Of a stretch of DNA of 58,373 bases, positions 28,714 to 37,939 are shown piece by piece. The notes under the pieces were generated by a model that saw nothing but the letters and a program-made list of their open reading frames with translations, was not told the origin of the DNA and did not search any database. The position numbers were made by a program, and so were the translations under genes. Source of the stretch: Promethearchaeota archaeon (GTDB lineage: Archaea; Asgardarchaeota; Lokiarchaeia; Sigyniarchaeales; SOKP01); the NCBI GenBank assembly GCA_048941605.1, contig JBHLNL010000006.1:1-58373 (forward strand), in the 5' to 3' direction. Every line of letters starts with the position of its first letter. Positions within the stretch are counted from its first letter, which is position 1.

Positions 28714-28727
28714 GGGAATGAATTCCC
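28714..28727. promoter_or_regulatory. 14-bp perfect palindrome GGGAAT-GA-ATTCCC in the guaA / nfnA-like divergent intergenic region
   Basis: Read directly. It is a GC-rich island flanked by TATA-like TTTATATT (upstream) and TATATAAG (downstream), ~115 nt before ATG 28842. Confidence 0.45.
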
Positions 28728-28841
28728 GTAACTATTGTATATAAGAAAATATTTTTTTAGATTCAATTATAACTTCAATTAGAAAACGAGTTTTATATAA
28801 AATTACATTAGGTTTTATTATCAATATTAGGATGATTCATA

Positions 28842-29726
28842 ATGGCTTATGAGATTTTAAAGAAAATTCAACTTGACACCAGTGGCACTCTATATGAGAT
28901 GGATATATATGCTCCTTTAATTGCACAAAAAGCATTTGCGGGGAATTTTGTTTTAGTCAGAATTAACGAGAAAGGGGAAAGAATACCTCTTACTATTGCG
29001 GATTACAATAGAGAAGAAGGAACTGTTACAATTGTGATTCAAGTAGTTGGAAAATCTACTTTATTACTATCTCATCAAGATGAAGGTGATGAAATATTAG
29101 ATGTAGTTGGTCCTTTAGGAAATAAAATCCACATAGAGAAATATGATCACCCAGTAATTATTATTGGTGGTGGAGTAGGGATTGCTCCTTGTTATCCTCA
29201 AGCAAGAGAATTGAAGAATATTGGAAATAAAATTATTTCAATCTTAGGTGCTCGGACTGCAGATCTGGTTTTTTGGAAGGATAAAATGAGTGCTGTAAGT
29301 GATGAAATAATAATTACAACTAATGATGGAAGTGAAGGAATCAAAGGTTTTGTAACTACTCCATTAAAAGAATTGATCAAAAAACAAAAGATAAGTTTGG
29401 TGATTGCAATTGGCCCTTTAATAATGATGAAAAATGTAGCATTAACCACAAGTGGTATAAATGGATTACCAAAGGTGAAAACATATGTATCGTTAAACAC
29501 AATTATGATAGACGGCACTGGTATGTGTGGAGGGTGCCGTTTTCCCACATTAGAGGGTGATATATATTTTGCGTGTGTTGATGGCCCTGATGTAGATGCC
29601 CATATTGTAGATTTTGATAATCTTTTAAATCGTGCTAGTAGGTTTCTTGATCAAGAAAAAGTATCATTAGATCGATATAATCATGAATGCAAAGCATTAA
29701 AAAAATCGGAGGGTGAAGCTTCTTAA
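28842..29726 (+). CDS. NfnA/SudB/PyrK-like FAD and [2Fe-2S] electron-transfer subunit
   Basis: The ferredoxin-reductase-type fold reads FVLVRINEKGERIPLTIADY, GPLG and IIGGGVGIAPCYP. The C-terminal cluster motif is GTGMCGGCR....FACVDGP. Confidence 0.8.
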   Translation: MAYEILKKIQLDTSGTLYEMDIYAPLIAQKAFAGNFVLVRINEKGERIPLTIADYNREEGTVTIVIQVVGKSTLLLSHQDEGDEILDVVGPLGNKIHIEKYDHPVIIIGGGVGIAPCYPQARELKNIGNKIISILGARTADLVFWKDKMSAVSDEIIITTNDGSEGIKGFVTTPLKELIKKQKISLVIAIGPLIMMKNVALTTSGINGLPKVKTYVSLNTIMIDGTGMCGGCRFPTLEGDIYFACVDGPDVDAHIVDFDNLLNRASRFLDQEKVSLDRYNHECKALKKSEGEAS

Positions 29727-29727
29727 A

Positions 29728-32457
29728 ATGACTGAACAAATACCATTAGTCACTGTTCTCTCAAAAAATAAAGATAAAATTTTGCAACAAAATAGGTATA
29801 CTGAATCTCAATTTAATACTTTTCTCAAATCAATACAAGAAGCCGAAAAGCAGAGACAAGATATACTAAAGAAGATTAAAGAGATCGGGGCTTTAGATCT
29901 CCAGAAATTGAAAAATGAATTAAAGATTTCTGATAAAAATTTAATTTATAGTATTGAATATTTAAGAGAATTAGGTTCTTTAGCTTTTTTAGGGGAAAAA
30001 TCACGATTTTTTCATAAATATATAGAAAATAATGAGACTCGAGGATTATTTCCTAATGTCTCTATTGTTCGAGATACAAATTTATGTTGTGGCTGTGGTT
30101 TGTGTGATTCGGTTTGCCCTATACATGCTATTAATTATATAAGTAGCACATTAGAAATTAATGAAGATCTCTGTTTTAAATGTGGTTTATGCTTTTCTTG
30201 CTGTCCAAGATCATTCTTTCCCGAGAGTATAAAAAAATACCAAGAGAATAATGAATTAGATACAAAGTTTGTAGAACAAATAAACCATTATTATAACATA
30301 TATTCTGCTAAAACTACAGATAAATTAATAAAAAATTTCGCCCAAGATGGGGGGATTGTCACAACTTTATTAAAAGCAGCTTTTAAAGAAAAATTTATTG
30401 ATGCTGCTATAGCAGTAAGCGTTTCAGACGAGCCACATAAACCTCTACCAGTCTTAATTGATAAAGAAGAGGAACTTATAAGAACAGCAGGAACTAAATA
30501 TTCGAATTCTCATTCTTTGAGATTATTGCATGGATCAAAAGATTATAAAAATATTGCAATAGTAGGCACCCCATGCATGATGGAAGCATTAAAAAAAATT
30601 GATTTTTATCCATTTAATAAACCATTTTACGATAACATCGCATTAAAAATTGGTTTGTTTTGTATGGAATCATTTGATTATGAAAAAATAAAAGAGCTTT
30701 TAAAATCTGAATTTACAATATCTCCTAATGTTATTAAAAAAATGGATATAGATAAAGGACGATTTTATGCTTTTCATAAAGATCATTCTATTTATAGTAT
30801 ACCTGTAAAAAAGCTCAAGACATATGGTAGATTGGGGTGCTTTTTTTGTGATGATCTAACCTCAGAACAAGCAGATATTTCTGTAGGTTCTATTGGTTCA
30901 GAACAGGGTTGGTCAACAGTCATTATAAGGACTAAAAAAGGTGCAGATTTATTCCAAAAAGCAATTTCTCTTAAATTAATTGAATATAAGGAAATAAGTG
31001 AAGAAACTGAAAGTTTCGCTATACTAAGCAGAGTTAGCAAATCGAAACAAAAATATTTTAAGGAATTAAGGAGACCAAAAATGATTCAGCAAGATCCTGA
31101 TAAGAGAATAACTAATTTTCAAGAAGTACCCAAAGGTTTGACTCTAGAAATGATAAAGCTAGAATCAAAGAGATGTCTTCAATGCGGATTGCCACAATGC
31201 GTTTCTGGATGTCCTGTAAACATTGATATCCCACGATTTATTAGATTACTAAGAGATGAGAAATTTATTGATGCACTCAGAGTGATGAAAGATTATAACT
31301 TGTTGCCTGCAGTCTGCGGGAGAGTATGTCCTCAAGAAATTCAATGTGAAAGTACATGTTTATTAAATGGATTAGAAGAACCGATCGCAATTGGATATTT
31401 AGAAAGATTTATAGCAGATTGGGAACGAAAAAACCAATTAAAAGAATGTCCAGAATGTAAACCTCCAAATAATATCAAAGTTGCAGTTATAGGTTCTGGA
31501 CCTTCAGGATTAACATGTGCGGGAGAGCTTGCAAGAAAAGGTTATGACGTTACGATTTTTGAAGCATTTCATGCTGGTGGTGGTGTGCTGATCTATGGTA
31601 TTCCAGAATTCAGATTACCAAAAGAGATTGTTAAGGATGAAATTGAAACATTGAAAATGCTCAATGTAAAAATCCAATATAACAAAATTATAGGGAAAAT
31701 TCTATCTATTCAAGATTTACGTGATATGGGTTTTGAAGCTTTTTTCATTGGAGTAGGTGCTGGACTTCCAATGTTTCCTAACATTTCTGGATTGGGTTTA
31801 AATGGTGTTTTAACTGCAAATGAATTCCTCACAAGAGCTAATCTCATGAAAGCTTACAAATTTCCAGAATATGATACTCCAATTAGAGTGGGCGAAATTG
31901 TAACAGTTATCGGTGGCGGAAATACCGCTCTTGATGCTTCTAGGGTTGCTAAACGATTGGGAGCTAAAAAAGTAATAGTTCTTTATAGAAGATCAGAATT
32001 AGAGATGCCTGCTAGAAGAGAAGAGTACCATCATGCATTAGAAGAAGGGATTGAATTTCAATTCCTAACAAGTCCTTTAAAGTTTTTAGGAGATGAAAAT
32101 GATAATTTAAAACAAATTCAGGCTATTAAAATGCGTTTAGGTGAACCAGATGAATCAGGGAGGCGAAGACCAATTCCAATCGAAAATTCTGAATTTTTAA
32201 TTGAAACTGACACAGTATTATTAGGTATTGGTGCTATTGCTAATCCCATTTTAACTAAATCAATTCCTGATTTAAAATTAAATAAATGGGGATACATTGA
32301 AACTGATGAAAATAGTAGAACTAATATAGAAGGAGTTTATGCGGGGGGAGATATAGTTTCAGGCACTGCTACAGTGATTTCCGCCATGGGTGCTGGTAAA
32401 CGAGCGGCGCTCTCGATTCATCAATATTTAAAAAATAAATTTGCTCTAATTGAGTAA
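29728..32457 (+). CDS. Multidomain fusion: wHTH-like N-terminus + 2x[4Fe-4S] ferredoxin + FrhB-like (F420 hydrogenase/dehydrogenase beta family) + GltD/NfnB/SudA-like NAD(P)H flavoprotein
   Basis: Ferredoxin motifs are CCGCGLCDSVCP and CFKCGLCFSCCP. FrhB-like motifs are AQDGGIVTTLL, AGTKYSNS, VGTPCMMEAL, IGLFCMESF, CFFCDDLTSEQADISVGS and GWSTVIIRTKKG. GltD-type motifs are RCLQCGLPQCVSGCPVNIDIP, CGRVCPQEIQCESTC, VAVIGSGPSGLTCA and GGGNTALD. ATG 29728 lies behind GGAGGGTGA; the track start is GTG 29713. Confidence 0.8.
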   Translation: MTEQIPLVTVLSKNKDKILQQNRYTESQFNTFLKSIQEAEKQRQDILKKIKEIGALDLQKLKNELKISDKNLIYSIEYLRELGSLAFLGEKSRFFHKYIENNETRGLFPNVSIVRDTNLCCGCGLCDSVCPIHAINYISSTLEINEDLCFKCGLCFSCCPRSFFPESIKKYQENNELDTKFVEQINHYYNIYSAKTTDKLIKNFAQDGGIVTTLLKAAFKEKFIDAAIAVSVSDEPHKPLPVLIDKEEELIRTAGTKYSNSHSLRLLHGSKDYKNIAIVGTPCMMEALKKIDFYPFNKPFYDNIALKIGLFCMESFDYEKIKELLKSEFTISPNVIKKMDIDKGRFYAFHKDHSIYSIPVKKLKTYGRLGCFFCDDLTSEQADISVGSIGSEQGWSTVIIRTKKGADLFQKAISLKLIEYKEISEETESFAILSRVSKSKQKYFKELRRPKMIQQDPDKRITNFQEVPKGLTLEMIKLESKRCLQCGLPQCVSGCPVNIDIPRFIRLLRDEKFIDALRVMKDYNLLPAVCGRVCPQEIQCESTCLLNGLEEPIAIGYLERFIADWERKNQLKECPECKPPNNIKVAVIGSGPSGLTCAGELARKGYDVTIFEAFHAGGGVLIYGIPEFRLPKEIVKDEIETLKMLNVKIQYNKIIGKILSIQDLRDMGFEAFFIGVGAGLPMFPNISGLGLNGVLTANEFLTRANLMKAYKFPEYDTPIRVGEIVTVIGGGNTALDASRVAKRLGAKKVIVLYRRSELEMPARREEYHHALEEGIEFQFLTSPLKFLGDENDNLKQIQAIKMRLGEPDESGRRRPIPIENSEFLIETDTVLLGIGAIANPILTKSIPDLKLNKWGYIETDENSRTNIEGVYAGGDIVSGTATVISAMGAGKRAALSIHQYLKNKFALIE

Positions 32458-32657
32458 TAAAAATAGAATGTTTAAAATCTTCTAATTGGTTCCCAGATCT
32501 TTCCCACAGCAAACTTTTATTGCTATTATTTTATTTAATTAATTATTATTCAATATAATTAAAAAGAAAAATAAAATTTCTTCAGAATTATTGATTTATT
32601 TTCACCAAAATTGAAAAAAATTCAATTCTAAGAAATAAATAAACAAGTGAACTTAAA

Positions 32658-33908
32658 ATGAGTGAAATTCTAGACCCTTTTAAAATTTCTCAGAAACAAC
32701 TTTCTGAAGCATGTAATCTAGCTAATTATGGAGATGAGGTTTATAACGCATTATGTGAGCCAGAAAGATTTGTTGAGATTAAAATTACAATGAAAATGGA
32801 TGATGGATCGATAAAAACATTTAAAGGCTTTCGCTCTCAATATAATTCTGCAAGAGGCCCTATGAAAGGAGGAATAAGATGGCATCCTGACGAAAGTGCC
32901 TCCCTTGTTAAAGCTTTAAGTGCTTGGATGACATGGAAAACTGCATGTGTTGATATACCTCTAGGAGGAGCCAAAGGTGGAATAATATGTGATCCAAGAA
33001 AGATGAGTAATCGAGAACTTGAAACTCTCGCTCGAAGCTATATTAGGCAACTTGCTGATTTTATTGGTCCTACTATTGATGTTCCCGCGCCAGATGTTTA
33101 CACAAATCCGCAGATTATGGCTTGGATGCAGGATGAATATGAACGCATAGTCCGCCATCATGCACCATCAGTTATTACAGGAAAACCTTTGCCATTAGGA
33201 GGAAGTGCAGGACGTTCAATTGCCACAGCACAAGGAGGAATCTATACTATCAGAGAGGCAGCAAAAGATATTGGCTTAAGCTTAAATGGTGCGACAATTG
33301 CAGTTCAAGGATATGGAAATGCAGGATCTTGGGCAGCAAAATTACTTAAGAATGATTTTGGCTGTAAAATAATTGCCGTGTCTGACTCTAAAGGAGGTAT
33401 TTTTAATAAAGATGGATTAGATCCTTACGCGGCAGCAGAATTTAAAGAAAAGACACGAACTGTTGTAGGATTGAAAGGAACCAAAGAAATAACAAATGAA
33501 GAATTACTAGAATTAGAATGCGATGTTCTAGTCCCCGCTGCACTTGAAAATGTGATAACAAGAAAAAATGCTAACAATATTAACACTAAAATCATTGCTG
33601 AACTTGCTAATGGCCCAACAACTCCAGATGCTGACCAGACTCTATTTGAAAAGAATGTACTTATGATTCCAGATTTTCTATGCAATGCGGGGGGAGTCAC
33701 TGTATCTTATTTTGAGATGGTGCAAGGATATTATCGTTACTTCTGGACCGAGAAAGAGGTTTTTGAGGCATTAGATAGAGTTATGACGAGAGCTTATCAT
33801 TCAACAATTGATCAATCTAAGAAATTCAATACCCATAATCGTATGGGTGCTTATATGATATCTCTTGAACGTGTTATAGAAGCAATGCGTTTAAGAGGTT
33901 GGTTATAG
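32658..33908 (+). CDS. gdhA: Glutamate dehydrogenase
   Basis: 416 aa. Supporting motifs are [21 protein letters not shown], the Rossmann motif [10 protein letters not shown], and [14 protein letters not shown]. Confidence 0.95.
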   Translation: MSEILDPFKISQKQLSEACNLANYGDEVYNALCEPERFVEIKITMKMDDGSIKTFKGFRSQYNSARGPMKGGIRWHPDESASLVKALSAWMTWKTACVDIPLGGAKGGIICDPRKMSNRELETLARSYIRQLADFIGPTIDVPAPDVYTNPQIMAWMQDEYERIVRHHAPSVITGKPLPLGGSAGRSIATAQGGIYTIREAAKDIGLSLNGATIAVQGYGNAGSWAAKLLKNDFGCKIIAVSDSKGGIFNKDGLDPYAAAEFKEKTRTVVGLKGTKEITNEELLELECDVLVPAALENVITRKNANNINTKIIAELANGPTTPDADQTLFEKNVLMIPDFLCNAGGVTVSYFEMVQGYYRYFWTEKEVFEALDRVMTRAYHSTIDQSKKFNTHNRMGAYMISLERVIEAMRLRGWL

Positions 33909-33953
33909 CCAAATAATACATACTTTTTTCTTTTTTAATAATCTCTAATATTT

Positions 33954-35270
33954 TTATCCAAAAATTGGAACTAAGATTAGCAAAAAAATTATTGATATTC
34001 CAAGATGAATTAAAGCAAAAGTACCACCCATCTTTAATAGACGTTTATAGCTCATATTTTCTACTCCTGAATCTCGTGCAATTTTTAATGTCATCATATC
34101 ACACGCCGCACCTTGAGGAATAAAATTCCCACCTAAATTAATACCTATTATGAAAGCAAAAAGTAAAGGAACAGAAGAAAAATTAAAGGATTCAATTAAT
34201 GTCGTAATGATTGGTATGAATATTAAAGCTGTTGGTGTATTCGCGACAACACCAGAAATAAAACTAATAATTACAAGTATTAAAAATGACATTAGAAAAG
34301 GACCAAATGTCTGGAAAGGAATCGCAGTAAATAGATCTTGAAAACCAGCTTGTAAAAGACAACCTATAACAATATATAAACTTATGAAAAAAAAAATTAT
34401 TTCCCATTCAATATCTTTCAAAAGCTCACTCATTGGCTTTTTTGTATAACTTCTATTCACTAGAACAAGTATTAATGCAGAAATCGCCGCTGTTAAATAT
34501 AAAAGTGGAAGAACCGCAAACAAAACAATTGTTATTATTATAGCAATACTATTAAAATAGAACATTTTTTTATTTTTTACCATAATATCTGTGTCTATTA
34601 AATCAATCACAAATTTTTTTTGGAGTTCCTCAATTTTTGGTTCTTTTCTTAAAACGTATCTATCCAGTAAAAATATTGTTCCAAATAATAAAAAAAAAGA
34701 AAATCCCCAATAATATTGAATAAAGTAAAGTGTATCGAGCTGTGCAATCCCTGCTGTAGTAAATGCTGTAGAAATAATAATATTTTCTCCACTTGAGAAG
34801 GGAGTTAGAATGGAGCCTATATTAATGCAAATTGTCATACCTAAAAGATATGTTCCAGCTCTAATCTTAAGAAAGTGACAAAGTCTTACAACTATTGGAG
34901 CTAAAATCAAAACGACAACAACATCACTTATTATTGCAGCTAAAAGAGTAGTAATTATGCATAGTAGCCAAAAAAAAATTCTTTGTTCACCTCTCGATAA
35001 TTTAAAAAGTTTAACAGCAACAAACTCTAAGATATTTGAATCTTGGGCTATTTTAGTTATTAAACTCATACTTAAGATTATAATGATAGCTTCCCATTCA
35101 ATGAAACCGATAAAAGTTTCAATACCTATTCCTTTTACTAATCCTGTAATTGCTGCTGCAATAAAACAACATATTAAAGAAATTGCGACAAAATCAAGAT
35201 TCGATTTTGTATAACTTAAAATAATTAATATAAATAAAATAAAAATTACTATAAGAAGTACGGGTTCCAT
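33954..35270 (-). CDS. ArsB/NhaD (CitMHS-like) superfamily ion/anion permease
   Basis: 438 aa and polytopic (~10-12 helices). A central hydrophilic loop gives an internally duplicated layout typical of this superfamily. The family call is tentative. Confidence 0.6.
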   Translation of the reverse strand: MEPVLLIVIFILFILIILSYTKSNLDFVAISLICCFIAAAITGLVKGIGIETFIGFIEWEAIIIILSMSLITKIAQDSNILEFVAVKLFKLSRGEQRIFFWLLCIITTLLAAIISDVVVVLILAPIVVRLCHFLKIRAGTYLLGMTICINIGSILTPFSSGENIIISTAFTTAGIAQLDTLYFIQYYWGFSFFLLFGTIFLLDRYVLRKEPKIEELQKKFVIDLIDTDIMVKNKKMFYFNSIAIIITIVLFAVLPLLYLTAAISALILVLVNRSYTKKPMSELLKDIEWEIIFFFISLYIVIGCLLQAGFQDLFTAIPFQTFGPFLMSFLILVIISFISGVVANTPTALIFIPIITTLIESFNFSSVPLLFAFIIGINLGGNFIPQGAACDMMTLKIARDSGVENMSYKRLLKMGGTFALIHLGISIIFLLILVPIFG

Positions 35271-35443
35271 TATTTTACATGATTATTGATTCGAAGTTAA
35301 TTATTAAATTAAATAATTAGCTTTTAATAAATCTATTTAAAATAAGTCTGATTTACTTTTGAAAGGAATCCATTAAAAAATTCAAAGGATTAATTATAAT
35401 ATTATCTGAAGAATCCAATAATAACAAATTGATTCAACTAAAT

Positions 35444-36289
35444 TCACTTTATTAAAAAAAGTTGAAGTAAAAAGGTGAACAAATTCAAATCATTTAAGAG
35501 ACTAAAGTTTGATAATAAATAATCAAATATGTTTTCTTCGATAAAATATTTTAAACTTATAAAATACCCTTCTTCTGCTTTAAGAATTTCGACAATTCGC
35601 CTGATTAAATTTATAATTTGCTTTTCAACAAGATACATATCACTATTCATAGGATCTATTCCTATAATATTAAATCCAACATTTCTCACAAAAGTTATCT
35701 TACTCAGCTCAGGATTTTTTTGGACAATTTCTAGATTTGAATATTGGTTGAACATCTCTTCAATATTGTCATAAATTACCTTTTTTTTGTTTTCAGGTAA
35801 ATGACCTTCTATTACATTAACAACTAAATTTAATATTTGTTGAAAGATTCCTATAATATCAAAAAATTCAGCAACAGTGGTGATATGTTCTGCTTGCTTC
35901 CATTGAGTGTAATATTCATCAATTATATTTTCAAAAGGTTTATAGATCTCGACATTTCCTGCCCATTTGCTCCCCCATTGATTTTTTTCATTCGCATATT
36001 GCTGGATAAACGTTTGTCTTATCACATCTAAACGGGATCTTAATATATCTCCATTTACTTCCCGAGTATCCGCACCAATAAATAGAAGATTTGTATCTTT
36101 ATCCAGTATGTAAACCCACCTAAGTCCGCCCATTTCAATAGAATCTATCCCTTGTTTAAATTCTACAATAGTAAATTGATTTAATGCAGTAAGAAGCCCC
36201 GAAACCAGATCTTCATTGACAGGAAAATCCATATATGGCTTATAGACTAAAGTTATCCCTGAATCGCTTTCCATAATCCATATATTCAT
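35444..36289 (-). CDS. Hypothetical protein with N-terminal longin/roadblock-like domain
   Basis: The first ~100 aa show a beta-beta-alpha-beta-beta-beta-alpha pattern: IWIMESDSGITLVYKPY / DLVSGLLTALNQFT / IDSIEMGGLRWVYILDKDTNLLFIGADT / ILRSRLDVIRQTFIQQY. The remainder is helical. The gene ends in TGA, followed after one codon by TAG. Confidence 0.45.
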   Translation of the reverse strand: MNIWIMESDSGITLVYKPYMDFPVNEDLVSGLLTALNQFTIVEFKQGIDSIEMGGLRWVYILDKDTNLLFIGADTREVNGDILRSRLDVIRQTFIQQYANEKNQWGSKWAGNVEIYKPFENIIDEYYTQWKQAEHITTVAEFFDIIGIFQQILNLVVNVIEGHLPENKKKVIYDNIEEMFNQYSNLEIVQKNPELSKITFVRNVGFNIIGIDPMNSDMYLVEKQIINLIRRIVEILKAEEGYFISLKYFIEENIFDYLLSNFSLLNDLNLFTFLLQLFLIK

Positions 36290-36362
36290 TTTTAACCCTA
36301 ACTTTTAAATCTATTCAATTAATGTAACGTGTTTATATTAAATAATCTCTAGTATATCGATA

Positions 36363-36854
36363 CTACAATAAATCATCTAAAGAATTAGATTTCAACCATT
36401 TCTCTAAATTTCGCAACATCTCTGTAATCTTTGTTCTCAATGCGAGTTCTGCTGCCGCTCTTCCAATTAAACCAAGAAAATCACTACTCAGCGTAAAGTT
36501 ATTTATAAAAACACCTATTTTGGACTTATTTGAGGAAATTGCCTTTATGCGCATACGTCCTTCTAATTCTCTCACATCCTTGTTATTGCGAACATTCATG
36601 TCAATTAAGTGTCCTTTTCCTCCTTTCTGTTCTCCTCTGTCTTGTAATACTAATTCTCCTTCCATTTCAATTTTGATATTGATAATATCATCTGTTATTT
36701 TAGTATATAACACATTTGGGGCTATAAACTCAGCTTGCATCGTTTTAGATGGGTTTACTATTAACCAAAATTCCGGTTTGTAGATTGCTTTTATAAATTT
36801 ATCATTATTGCAATTTTCCAATTCCACTACTTTAGATATAATATTGTCTGACAC
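36363..36854 (-). CDS. Hypothetical protein, possibly SRPBCC (CoxG/START-like) fold
   Basis: 163 aa. A beta-rich body is followed by a long C-terminal helix (FLGLIGRAAAELALRTKITEMLRNLEKWL), reminiscent of CoxG-type proteins. Support is weak. Confidence 0.4.
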   Translation of the reverse strand: MSDNIISKVVELENCNNDKFIKAIYKPEFWLIVNPSKTMQAEFIAPNVLYTKITDDIINIKIEMEGELVLQDRGEQKGGKGHLIDMNVRNNKDVRELEGRMRIKAISSNKSKIGVFINNFTLSSDFLGLIGRAAAELALRTKITEMLRNLEKWLKSNSLDDLL

Positions 36855-37037
36855 TAAAAATCCACATAATTTTACTTTTATTAAATATCTAATATGAAGA
36901 ACGCTTATTATTTTTTTGAGTTTTCAAAATTTAATTAGCCTCAGTCTTCCTAGATTTAATCATGGGGAGATCATAATGATTTTTTTCATCATAGGCCATA
37001 ATTTGCAGGTATAAAAGAAAACTCGATTTAAAATGAA

Positions 37038-37244
37038 TTATTGAGTTAATCTAAATAGTTTGCTTTCTTCAATGTCATTTTCTTCTTTACAATGAGGGCA
37101 AATCCAAGTAGTATCATTTTTCTTAACAGAATTTATGCAATCATGGCATACAGCAATGTCACATATACAATAATGGGTGTTTTCCATATGATTTTCACAG
37201 CTATTTCCACAAATATAACAAATAGGAGGTGTTCTTTCTGACAT
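37038..37244 (-). CDS. Small Cys/His-rich zinc-finger protein (cross-brace RING/PHD-like spacing)
   Basis: 68 aa with ligand pattern C9-x2-C12 ... C26-x-C28 ... C33-H34-x-C36 ... C49-x2-C52. Confidence 0.55.
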   Translation of the reverse strand: MSERTPPICYICGNSCENHMENTHYCICDIAVCHDCINSVKKNDTTWICPHCKEENDIEESKLFRLTQ

Positions 37245-37341
37245 TTTTAATTAATTGTCTGTTTTTATATTATACTTTATTATACTTTTAATTTTAAGTA
37301 TTCTATTATTTAAATGATTAAATAAAACTATGCAATGAATT

Positions 37342-37536
37342 ATGGATAAAATAAAATCTACATTTCAACTACTCTCTTTGTTTAGCATTTTCTTCATATA
37401 TAAAGCGATTATGGGAGTACTTGAAAATAATACAAATGAATTTGTTCTATGGTTGTTAATTACAATAGTTTATATTGTTTCTCTCGTAATTCTTTATTTT
37501 GTTATTCAGAGATGGGAGAGTAAACAAAAAATTTAG
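37342..37536 (+). CDS. Small two-helix membrane protein, hypothetical
   Basis: 64 aa with two hydrophobic segments. It is convergent with the 37540 gene. Confidence 0.35.
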   Translation: MDKIKSTFQLLSLFSIFFIYKAIMGVLENNTNEFVLWLLITIVYIVSLVILYFVIQRWESKQKI

Positions 37537-37539
37537 CAC

Positions 37540-37818
37540 TTATTTCTTTTTCTTTAGAAAATCCGGAATCATTCCTTCAATTCCAAGACTTTTTAAAATA
37601 GTGTCTCTAATATTCATTTGAATCGTTAAGTCCGACATCCTTGCCATAGCATCCTCTAAAGCTTTTGAAAATTTCTCACTAGCTTCTTTAATAGTATCGG
37701 ATGTTAATTTTAAAGATTCTCTAATAGCTAAATTTGTTTCATGCAATTCTTCTGTTAATTGTTCCATACTATTTCGCATTTCAGAGAGTTCTTCTTTTAA
37801 CTCTTTTATTCCAGCCAT
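37540..37818 (-). CDS. Small coiled-coil protein, hypothetical
   Basis: 92 aa, heptad-like and charged (KELKEELSEMRNSMEQLTEELHETNLAIRESLK), with a basic tail KKKK. Confidence 0.5.
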   Translation of the reverse strand: MAGIKELKEELSEMRNSMEQLTEELHETNLAIRESLKLTSDTIKEASEKFSKALEDAMARMSDLTIQMNIRDTILKSLGIEGMIPDFLKKKK

Positions 37819-37939
37819 TTTTCAATTTTATTCCCGTTATTAAGCTAAATAAATATTCAATATATATTAAAATTGTCAAATAATTATGAAAACTAACCAA
37901 TTAAGAAATTGAGAAAAAAATAAAAAAAATAAATTTAAG

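Noticed and set aside
29198-29548. Antisense or nested ORFs from the six-frame track. Examples: 1301..1489, 1543..1731, 1793..1993, 3456..3656, 6310..6531, 11634..11825, 15716..15913, 17133..17441, 18752..19054, 19814..20092, 20323..20616, 29198..29548, 30792..31040, 32961..33161, 33425..33700, 34957..35214, 40001..40288, 47954..48205, 53057..53272, 55498..55719.
   Set aside because: Each is fully embedded in a longer, family-assignable gene on the other strand or frame. They have low-complexity, skewed composition and are typical shadow ORFs.
13795-35446. Genome-wide reassignment of TGA to a sense codon, as an explanation for the in-frame TGAs at 13795, 38845 and 39218.
   Set aside because: All long conserved genes in the window (carAB, glnA, guaA, gdhA, ABC transporters and others) are intact without any internal TGA. 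TGA also plausibly terminates genes at 24972-24974 and 35444-35446, the latter followed after one codon by TAG. Context-specific recoding or pseudogenisation fits better than a changed code.
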